A stretch of 64,000 bases of DNA from positions 2,427 through 66,426 of the forward strand of contig VFZH01000003.1 of assembly GCA_016871255.1 (NCBI GenBank), given 5' to 3'. The translations under genes were made by a program, and so were the position numbers. The notes below the pieces were generated by a model that was not told where the DNA came from, made no database searches, and saw only the letters and a program-made list of their open reading frames with translations. This DNA comes from Acidimicrobiia bacterium. GTDB lineage: Bacteria; Acidobacteriota; Vicinamibacteria; Vicinamibacterales; UBA2999. Below, in pieces: positions 56,924 to 64,000 of the stretch. The first letter of the stretch is position 1; each line of letters opens with the position of its first letter.

Positions 56924-58294
56924 ATGGTGTTGGGCAGACCGGCGTCGTGCGCAGTCCTCCTTCTCACGTCAACCGTGGCGCTCGCCACACAGGGACGGGG
57001 GCAGCTCGCGGCCGCGGAGTGGCCCGGGTTCCGCGGCGCCGGGGCCGGAACGGTCGCCGACGATCCCGCGCTGCCGGACCGCTGGAGCGCGACGGAGAAC
57101 GTCGTCTGGCGGACGCCGATTGCCGGCTACGGCTGGAGTTCGCCTGTCGTGTGGGGCGACCACGTGTTCGTCACCGCAGCCATCAGCGCCGGGGCCGAGC
57201 CGACGCCGATCCGGGGCCTCTACGATCCGGGCGACGAGCATGGCAAGGCCCGGCTGAGCGCGCCGCACCGCTGGATGGTGTACGACGTGGACTTCGCGAC
57301 GGGCCGGGTCCGCTGGTCCCGCGAGATCAGGAACGCGCCCGCACGGGTCACGCGCCACATCAAGAACAGCTTCGCGTCGGAGACGCCCGTCACCGACGGC
57401 GAGCGCGTGTACGTCTACTTCGGCAGCCTCGGCGTGGTGGCGGCGCTCGAGATGGACGGCCGCGTCGCCTGGGCCACCGAAGTGGCGGCGCTCGACGGCC
57501 GGCAGGGGTTCGGGACCGCCGCGTCGCCCGTGCTCCACGACGGCCGGCTGTACGTCGTGCACGACAACACGACCGAGTCGTTCCTCGCGGCCTTCGACGC
57601 GCGCACCGGCCGGGAGCTGTGGCGGGCGGGCCGGGAGGAGGTCGAGAACTGGTCGACGCCGTTCGTGTGGGCGCACGGGCGGCGCACGGAGATCGTGACC
57701 GCCGGCCGCGGAAAGATCCGCTCCTACGGGCTCGATGGCGCGCTGCTGTGGGAGCTGGGCGGCATGACCGTCAACACCGTCCCGACGCCGGTGACCGCGC
57801 ACGGGCTGCTCTACATCACCTCGGGCTATCCCGGCGCCAACCCGCGACCGGTGTACGCGATCCGGCCGGGCGCGTCCGGCGACATCACGCTTGCGCCCGG
57901 CGCGACCAGCAGCGAGTTCATCGCCTGGTACCAGCCGCTGCTGGGCACCTACAACACGTCGCCGCTCGTCTACGGCGACTACTACTACACGCTCCTCGAC
58001 CGCGGCTTCCTGCTCTGCCATGACGCCCGCACGGGCGAGCAGGTGTACGGCCGCCGGCGGATCTCCGCCTCGGCGAGCGGCTTCACCGCGTCGCCCTGGG
58101 CCTACAACGGCCGCATCTTCCTGCTCAGCGAAGACGGCGAGACGTTCGTCGTCGAGGCGGGCCGCGAGTACCGGCTCCTCCACACCAACACCCTCGACGA
58201 GATGACGCTGGCCACGCCCGCCATCGTCCGCGGCAGCCTGATCCTGCGGACGCAGTCGGCGCTGTACCGCATCGCGCGGCGGGCGCAGGGATGA
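56924..58294 (+). CDS. PQQ-like (BamB-type) beta-propeller repeat protein, secreted
   Basis: Collinear paralog of 40286..41626 (EWPGFRG...VVWRTPIAGYGWSSPVVWGDHVFVTA...LYRIARR). Confidence 0.85.
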   Translation: MVLGRPASCAVLLLTSTVALATQGRGQLAAAEWPGFRGAGAGTVADDPALPDRWSATENVVWRTPIAGYGWSSPVVWGDHVFVTAAISAGAEPTPIRGLYDPGDEHGKARLSAPHRWMVYDVDFATGRVRWSREIRNAPARVTRHIKNSFASETPVTDGERVYVYFGSLGVVAALEMDGRVAWATEVAALDGRQGFGTAASPVLHDGRLYVVHDNTTESFLAAFDARTGRELWRAGREEVENWSTPFVWAHGRRTEIVTAGRGKIRSYGLDGALLWELGGMTVNTVPTPVTAHGLLYITSGYPGANPRPVYAIRPGASGDITLAPGATSSEFIAWYQPLLGTYNTSPLVYGDYYYTLLDRGFLLCHDARTGEQVYGRRRISASASGFTASPWAYNGRIFLLSEDGETFVVEAGREYRLLHTNTLDEMTLATPAIVRGSLILRTQSALYRIARRAQG

Positions 58295-59274
58295 CTCCGC
58301 GCCACGGCGCGGCGGCTCTCGTGTGCCTCGTCCTGCTGGCCGGGGCCGCGGCGGCGCGCGCGCAGCAGCCGGCCTTCACGCTGCTTGGATCCATTCCGGG
58401 ACGGGCCGACCTGGTGGAGATCCACGACGGACACGCGTACGTCGTGGACGGCAAGACGCTGGCGCTCTTCGATCTGGCGGATCCCGCCCGGCCCGTCCGG
58501 CACGGCGCCTACACGTTCCCGGAGAAGATCTGGGGCATCCACGTCGCCGGCCCGCTGGTGTACGTGGCGGCGGACTTCTTCGGCCTCGGCGTCCTCGACG
58601 CGACCGATCGGGCGGCGCCGGCGCTCCGCGGCGCGCTGAAGACGCCGGGGCAGGCCAAGAGCGTGGCGCTCGTCGGCGGGACCGCGCTCGTGGCGGATCA
58701 CATGAGCGGCGTGGATGTGATCGATCTGGGCGATGGCCGATCGCCGGTGAACCGCGGCGCCTTCTTCGTCGAGGGCTACGCGCGCGACGTCGTGGCCGCC
58801 GGCTCGATCGTCTATGCGATCGACGCCCCGACGGGACTGTACGTGTTCGACCTGGCTGCGGCGGAACGCCTCGACGCGCTGGAGCCGATCAGCGCGCAGC
58901 AGTCGGCGAATTCGCCCGCGAGCATCGAGGTGGCCACGGACGTGTCGCCGCCGCTGGCCGTGCTCGTGGGCGGTGGCGCGCTGCAGGTGTACGACCTGTC
59001 GGACCCGCGAGCCCCGCGGCGCGCGGCCGGCTTCAAGACCCCCAGCGGCCGCCCGGCGCGGGCCACGCTGAGGGGAGCGGTCGCGTACGTGGCCGACGCG
59101 CAGGAGGGGCTGCAGGTTGTCGATCTCTCGACGCCGGCCTCGCCCCGGGTGGTCGGGGCCTACGCCACGCCGCTCCCGGCACGGGACGTCGCGGTGGATG
59201 GCTCGCTGGTCCTGGTGGCGATCGGCACGCCCGAGGGAGAGGGCCGCGTGCTCATCCTGAGACGGGAGCGGTGA
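58291..59274 (+). CDS. LVIVD-repeat-like beta-propeller protein, secreted
   Basis: The start overlaps the preceding stop (ATGA). Repeated motifs: AYVVDGKTLALFDLADPARP, VYVAADFFGLGVLDATD, ALVADHMSGVDVIDL, VYAIDAPTGLYVFDL, AYVADAQEGLQVVDLSTPASP. Confidence 0.7.
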   Translation: MTPRHGAAALVCLVLLAGAAAARAQQPAFTLLGSIPGRADLVEIHDGHAYVVDGKTLALFDLADPARPVRHGAYTFPEKIWGIHVAGPLVYVAADFFGLGVLDATDRAAPALRGALKTPGQAKSVALVGGTALVADHMSGVDVIDLGDGRSPVNRGAFFVEGYARDVVAAGSIVYAIDAPTGLYVFDLAAAERLDALEPISAQQSANSPASIEVATDVSPPLAVLVGGGALQVYDLSDPRAPRRAAGFKTPSGRPARATLRGAVAYVADAQEGLQVVDLSTPASPRVVGAYATPLPARDVAVDGSLVLVAIGTPEGEGRVLILRRER

Positions 59275-59440
59275 GCGATCGTGGCGCAGCCCACGAGACC
59301 GGCGGACAGGCCCAGCCACGAGCACCTGCAGGAGTCGTGTCGCGACTGGCCCGCTGACGAGGGCGACGCGCTGCTGCCGCGTCGTCATCCCTGACCGCCG
59401 CGCGCTCCCTCGGCAGCGCTCTCTGCTAGGATGGCGGCTC

Positions 59441-61474
59441 ATGGCGCGCCGCTTCCGCCTGCTCGCGCTGGTGCTGGTGCCGCTCGTCTGGGTGCTCGTC
59501 TCCGGCGACGGCCGCCTGGCCGGCCAGGCGCGCGACAGCGGGGGCGAGTGGACGACCTTCGGCGGCGATCTCGCCAGCCGCCGCTACCGGCCCTTCGATC
59601 AGATCAACCGCGACACGTTCGGCGACCTCGAGATCGCCTGGCGATTCAAGACCGACGCCTTCGGCCCCCGGCCCGAGTTCACCTTCCAGGCGACGCCGCT
59701 GATGGTCGGCGGTGTGGTGTACACGACCGCCGGCACGCGCCGCGACGTCGTGGCGCTCGACGCGGCCACAGGCGAACTGCTCTGGATGCACCGCGAAGAC
59801 GAGGGCGCGCGCGGCGAGGGGGCGCCGAGACGGCTGTCGGGGCGGGGCGTCGCGTACTGGACCGACGGCCGGGAGGCGCGGATCGTCTACGTGACGCCCG
59901 GCTACCGGATGATTGCGCTGGATGCGAGGACCGGCCGCCCGGTGCCGGGGTTCGGGAGCGGCGGCGCCGTGGATCTGAAGCTCGAGATGGATCAGCCGAT
60001 CGATCTCGAGACGGGCGAAGTCGGTCTGCACTCCGCGCTCGTCATCGCCCACGACGTCATCGTCGTCGGCGCCGCGCACCTGCCGGGCGGCGCGCCGAAG
60101 AGCCGCGTCAACGTGAAGGGCCACGTGCGCGGGTACGACGCGCGCACGGGGAAGCGGCTCTGGATCTTCCACACCATCCCGCAGGCCGGGCAGCCCGGCG
60201 ACGACACGTGGGAGCGCGACGCGGCAAGCTACACCGGCAACGCCGGCGTGTGGACGCAGATGACGATCGACGAGGATCTCGGCCTCGTCTACCTGCCGGT
60301 CGAGCTGCCGACCGGCGACTACTACGGCGGCCACCGGCCGGGGGCGGGACTCTACGGCGAGAGCCTCGTGGCACTCGACCTCAAGACCGGGCAGCGGAAA
60401 TGGCACTTCCAGCTCGTGCACCACGGGCTGTGGGATCACGACGTGCCCTGCGCGCCGATCCTGGCCGACATCACCGTCGACGGCAGGCTGATCAAGGCGA
60501 TCGCGCAGCCGTCGAAGCAGGGCTGGGTCTACGTCTTCGATCGCGCCACAGGCGAGGCCGTGTGGCCGATCGAGGAGCGGCCCGTGCCGGCCGGCGACGT
60601 GCCGGGCGAGTGGTACGCGCCGACGCAGCCGTTCGTGACCAAGCCGCCGCCGTTCGAGCTGCAGGGCGTCACGATCGATGACCTGATCGACTTCACCCCC
60701 GAGCTGCGTGCCGAGGCGGTGAAGCTCGTCTCGCGCTACACGCTCGGGCCGCTCTTCACGCCGCCTCCCGTGAGCCGCTGGGAGGGCCCGCTGGGGCTGC
60801 TCATGGTGCCTTCGTCGACCGGCGGCGCCAACTGGCCGGGCGGGGCGCTCGATCCCGAGACGAACGTCCTTTACCTGTATTCGTTCCGCAATCCGAGCGT
60901 GATCGGCCTGGTGCACGATCCGTCGCGCTCGGACATGACGTACGTCCAGGGCCTCGCCGCCGATCCGAATGCGCCGAAGCCCGCTCCTGGCGCGGCCGCC
61001 GGCGGCGCGGAGGGCGGCGGTGTCGCTCTCACCGTCCAGGGGCTGCCGATCCTGAAACCGCCCTACGGCACCATGACCGCCATCGATCTCGACCGCGGCG
61101 AGATCGTGTGGCAGGTGCCGCACGGCGAAACGCCCGATGCGGTACGCAACCATCCCGCGCTCAAGGGGCTCGACATCCCGCGGACCGGCCGCACGAACGG
61201 CCGGATCGGCACGCTGGTCACGGGGAGCCTGGTCATCGCGGGCGAGCCGGGCTTCTTCACGATGCCGAACGGCCTGCGCGGCGCGATGCTGCGTGCCTAC
61301 GACAAGGCGACCGGCAAGGAGGTCGGCGCGGTGCCGATGCCTGCGCCGCAGTCGGGCTCACCGATGACCTACATGCTCGATGGGCGGCAATATCTGGTCG
61401 TGGCGGTCTCGGGGGCCGGTTACAGCGGCGAGCTGCTGGCGTTCCGGGCGCCGCTGCCACCCGCGGCGCGGTGA
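59441..61474 (+). CDS. PQQ-dependent (quinoprotein) dehydrogenase, periplasmic
   Basis: W-rich propeller motifs (EWTTFGGDLASRRY, VYTTAGTRRDVVALDAATGELLW, ...GGANWPGGALDPETN, ...VAVSGAGYSG). 677 aa, typical of the glucose/alcohol DH family. Confidence 0.85.
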   Translation: MARRFRLLALVLVPLVWVLVSGDGRLAGQARDSGGEWTTFGGDLASRRYRPFDQINRDTFGDLEIAWRFKTDAFGPRPEFTFQATPLMVGGVVYTTAGTRRDVVALDAATGELLWMHREDEGARGEGAPRRLSGRGVAYWTDGREARIVYVTPGYRMIALDARTGRPVPGFGSGGAVDLKLEMDQPIDLETGEVGLHSALVIAHDVIVVGAAHLPGGAPKSRVNVKGHVRGYDARTGKRLWIFHTIPQAGQPGDDTWERDAASYTGNAGVWTQMTIDEDLGLVYLPVELPTGDYYGGHRPGAGLYGESLVALDLKTGQRKWHFQLVHHGLWDHDVPCAPILADITVDGRLIKAIAQPSKQGWVYVFDRATGEAVWPIEERPVPAGDVPGEWYAPTQPFVTKPPPFELQGVTIDDLIDFTPELRAEAVKLVSRYTLGPLFTPPPVSRWEGPLGLLMVPSSTGGANWPGGALDPETNVLYLYSFRNPSVIGLVHDPSRSDMTYVQGLAADPNAPKPAPGAAAGGAEGGGVALTVQGLPILKPPYGTMTAIDLDRGEIVWQVPHGETPDAVRNHPALKGLDIPRTGRTNGRIGTLVTGSLVIAGEPGFFTMPNGLRGAMLRAYDKATGKEVGAVPMPAPQSGSPMTYMLDGRQYLVVAVSGAGYSGELLAFRAPLPPAAR

Positions 61475-61887
61475 TGCCGACGCGAGCCGCCGTACTGGCC
61501 GCGTGGCTGGTATCGCTGGCGCCGGCGCCGGCGGGACAGATGCGGTCGGTCTGGGACGGCGTCTACACGGTGGAGCAGGCGCAGCGGGGGGCCGCGCTGT
61601 ACCAGACGCACTGCGCCTCCTGTCACGGCGTGGCCCTGACGGGCGCCGAGGCGGCGCCGGCCCTCACGGGCTTCGAGTTCCGCAGCAACTGGAGCGGGCT
61701 GCCGCTCGGCGAGCTGTTCGAGCGGCTGCGCAGCTCGATGCCGCCCGAGGACCCCGGGCAGGTGTCCGCGCGCGACAAGGTCGACGTCCTCGCGCATCTG
61801 CTCGCGGTGGGAGGACTTCCGGCGGGACCGGCCGAGCTGGCGCGCGACGCCCTGGCCGGGATCCGGTTCGAGGCGACGAAGCCCTGA
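61474..61887 (+). CDS. Mono-haem cytochrome c
   Basis: The start overlaps the dehydrogenase stop (TGATG). CASCH haem motif plus a downstream Met (RLRSSMPPE). Confidence 0.8.
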   Translation: MPTRAAVLAAWLVSLAPAPAGQMRSVWDGVYTVEQAQRGAALYQTHCASCHGVALTGAEAAPALTGFEFRSNWSGLPLGELFERLRSSMPPEDPGQVSARDKVDVLAHLLAVGGLPAGPAELARDALAGIRFEATKP

Positions 61888-61902
61888 GGAACTGATGTGG
61901 AG

Positions 61903-61946
61903 ACGCCGACTGCCTTCGGCTTCGCTCAGGCCAGGAAAGCCGGCTC
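61903..61946. repeat. Hairpin repeat family 'REP-2', copy c (inverted orientation)
   Basis: Reverse complement of the 24-nt core at 61913-61936. Confidence 0.8.
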
Positions 61947-61998
61947 CAGCAGGTTGACAGGCTGCCCAGCCGCGGAAAAATGCAGCCGGGTGGGGTTT

Positions 61999-62017
61999 CG
62001 CCGGGAGTAGAATCGGC
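61999..62017 (+). promoter_or_regulatory. 19-nt block CGCCGGGAGTAGAATCGGC (second copy)
   Basis: Lies 57 nt upstream of the 62074 ATG. TAGAAT at 62008-62013. Confidence 0.35.
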
Positions 62018-62073
62018 CACGTAGTCAGCGGCTTCGTCCGGGGCCCGAGGCCCCGCAGCCCAGGAGGTTCACG

Positions 62074-63405
62074 ATGAAGGGCCGTCCGGTTCTCGTCACC
62101 CTCTCGTCGGCGGCAGTACTCGCGATCTCGGCGGCGGGCGCCGCGGCGCAGGCGCCGGCGTCCCCGCCCCCGACGTTCACGGCGGACGTGGCGCCGATTC
62201 TCCAGCGATCGTGCGTGACCTGCCACCGCGCCGGCGAGATCGCGCCGATGTCCCTGCGCACCTACGACGAGGTGCGGCCGTGGGCGCGCGCCATCCGGAT
62301 GCGCGTCGCGAGCCGCGAGATGCCGCCCTGGCACCTCGATCGCACCATCGGCATCCAGCAGTTCAAGGACGATCCGTCGCTGAGCGATCAGGAGATCGAC
62401 ACGATCACGCGCTGGGTGGACGCTGGCGCGCCGGAAGGGAACCCGGCCGACATGCCGCCCCAGCGGGAGTTCGCCGCGGCGAACGCGTGGCAGATCGGGA
62501 CGCCGGATCTCGTGATCAGGTTCCCGGCGATGCCGGTGCCCGCGGAGGGGCCGGACATGTTCGGCAACCTCTACGCCGACATCCCGATCGACTCGGATCG
62601 GTACATCAAGGCGATTCAGACGCGCTCGGCGACGCAGATGTCGCACCGCGTGGTGCACCACGCGCTCTCCTACGCCGAGGACCCGGCGCTCGAAGCGGGC
62701 GGCATGGCCGAGGACGGGGGGCAGTTTCTGGTCGAGTACGCGTCCGGCAAGAACGCCGAGGTGTATCCGGACGGATCGGGCGTGCTGCTCAAGGCGGGCC
62801 AGCGCGCCCGGGCGGCGTTCCACCTGCACCCGATCGGCCTGGAGACGGCGGCGGAGATCGAGCTCGGCATCGTGCTCTACCCGAAGGGGTACGTGCCGAC
62901 GTTCACGCGCTGGTCGCGGCAGCTCGCGCAGCCCACGACGCCGCTCGACCTTCCGGCCGGCGCAATCACGCGCAGCGACGGCTACACGATCCTGCACAAG
63001 GCCGCGCGGATCATCGCGTTCCAGCCGCACATGCACAACCTGGGCGTGCGGCAGTGTCTGGAGCTGATCTACCCGACGTCGGGCACGCGCACGACGACGG
63101 AGGTCGTCAACTGCGCCAACTTCAACAACAACTGGCACCTCACCTACAACTACGCCGACGACGCGCAGCCGCTGGTGCCGGCGGGCACCATCCTGCACAA
63201 CATCTCCTGGCACGACAACCGGCCGACCAACCCGCGCGCCACCGACCCGAAGAACTGGGTGGGTGACGGTCAGCGCACGATCGACGAGATGGGTTTCTTC
63301 TGGATCGGCTGGATCGAGCTGACCGAAGAGGAGTACAAGCAGCAGCTCGCCGAGCGCAAGTCCCGGGCAGCGGGGGCGCCGGCCGGCACGACCGCGCAGC
63401 GATAG
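62074..63405 (+). CDS. Periplasmic c-type-haem domain fused to PHM/DBH-like copper monooxygenase-like domain (copy 2)
   Basis: AGGAGG SD and a signal peptide. CVTCH plus APMSL, then VHH, FHLH, PHMHNLGVRQCLE and RTIDEM. Collinear with 34470..35837. Confidence 0.65.
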   Translation: MKGRPVLVTLSSAAVLAISAAGAAAQAPASPPPTFTADVAPILQRSCVTCHRAGEIAPMSLRTYDEVRPWARAIRMRVASREMPPWHLDRTIGIQQFKDDPSLSDQEIDTITRWVDAGAPEGNPADMPPQREFAAANAWQIGTPDLVIRFPAMPVPAEGPDMFGNLYADIPIDSDRYIKAIQTRSATQMSHRVVHHALSYAEDPALEAGGMAEDGGQFLVEYASGKNAEVYPDGSGVLLKAGQRARAAFHLHPIGLETAAEIELGIVLYPKGYVPTFTRWSRQLAQPTTPLDLPAGAITRSDGYTILHKAARIIAFQPHMHNLGVRQCLELIYPTSGTRTTTEVVNCANFNNNWHLTYNYADDAQPLVPAGTILHNISWHDNRPTNPRATDPKNWVGDGQRTIDEMGFFWIGWIELTEEEYKQQLAERKSRAAGAPAGTTAQR

Positions 63406-63415
63406 GGGGCGGAGC

Positions 63416-64000
63416 ATGCGGCAGGGCGGCAACCGGGCGGTCTGGTCCGGCGCGCTCGCCTGCCTGATCGCGGCGACAGCGATCGCGCAGGTCGAGTTCA
63501 CGAACAACTTCCGCTACAACTCCGGCCAGAGCGTGCAGCCGGTCTTCGACGGCTGGTCGCGGCTGCCGGACGGCAGCTTCAACTTCCACTTCGGGTACCT
63601 CAACCGCAACTACGTCGAGCAGCCCCACGTGCCGGTCGGCGAGCACAACCAGATCGAGCCGGGCGGCCCCGATCGGGGACAGCCGACCTACTTCTACCCG
63701 CGCACGCACCGCAATCTCTTCACCGTGCGTGTGCCGGCCGACTGGGGGCCCAGGCAGGACGTGATCTGGACCATCACGGTCAACGGCAAGACCGAACGCG
63801 CCTTCGGATGGCTGCAGAAGGAGTGGGAGATCGATCCCGACGGCGGCGCGTCGGGGGGCGACAACACGGATCCGGACCGCCTGGAGAACAGGCCGCCGAC
63901 GCTGACGATCGGGCCCGTCGCCCCCGTCGTGCTGCCCGCCCCGGCCATCGTCGTGGCGTCGGTCGCCGACGACGGGCTGCCGAAGCCGCAGCCGCCTGCG
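63416..64000 (+). CDS. Secreted hypothetical protein 'X2' (paralog of 33503..34444), 3' end cut by window edge
   Basis: ATG at 63416, open to the window end. MRQGGNRAVWSGALACLIAATAIAQ signal, then GYLNRNY, EPGGPDRGQPTYF, VRVPADWG and VADDGLP. Confidence 0.65.
   Translation, partial: MRQGGNRAVWSGALACLIAATAIAQVEFTNNFRYNSGQSVQPVFDGWSRLPDGSFNFHFGYLNRNYVEQPHVPVGEHNQIEPGGPDRGQPTYFYPRTHRNLFTVRVPADWGPRQDVIWTITVNGKTERAFGWLQKEWEIDPDGGASGGDNTDPDRLENRPPTLTIGPVAPVVLPAPAIVVASVADDGLPKPQPPA

Overview
High-GC (roughly two-thirds G+C by eye) bacterial chromosomal segment. The gene content suggests an Acidobacteriota-like soil bacterium, which is an inference only: two carboxypeptidase-regulatory-domain TonB-dependent receptors, several BamB/PQQ-like beta-propellers, an LVIVD propeller and a CBM9/DUF5916 barrel.

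Gene layout:
- 1-16.3 kb: housekeeping genes. These are the glgB 3' end, a SpoU methyltransferase, an ACP/LbH/acyltransferase-3 triad, a rhomboid protease, an ilvN-ilvC-pheA-ilvD operon, ubiX, a divergent EVE/Mug pair and an ArnT-like GT39.
- 16.5-21 kb: a more A/T-rich accessory islet around tRNA-Ser(GGA). It holds a DUF4160/HTH pair, an intact IS1595-family element with 24-bp inverted repeats, an 8-bp target duplication and a passenger ORF, a VapBC pair, and a frameshifted RHH gene.
- 21-32.5 kb: surface and transport genes, plus a decayed PLP-decarboxylase pseudogene.
- 33-36.8 kb and 59.4-64 kb: two paralogous copies of a two-gene periplasmic cassette. One gene is a c-type-heme domain fused to a PHM/DBH-like copper-monooxygenase ligand pattern. 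The other is a secreted partner protein. The second copy follows a PQQ dehydrogenase and a cytochrome c.
- 39.6-40.2 kb: a peroxiredoxin whose peroxidatic Cys codon is an in-frame TGA followed by a hairpin, making it a candidate selenoprotein.
- 42-44.7 kb: a gentisate-dioxygenase-like cupin, a CoA-transferase and a GlcG-like gene.
- 44.8-51.4 kb: a 1120-aa nuclease-exonuclease-helicase fusion, followed by VapBC and an AbiEii-type nucleotidyltransferase.

Three non-coding repeat families were read directly from the sequence:
- 7-nt phased GGGATT/CCCCAAT arrays in four consecutive intergenic spacers.
- A CTAG-bounded palindromic MITE-like element whose ends supply the stop codons of flanking genes.
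- A 24-nt-core hairpin element present three times.

Many long ORFs in the track are high-GC antisense artefacts and are not annotated. Start codons were chosen by hand from the track frames. Coordinates of hand-located repeats may be off by 1-2 nt.
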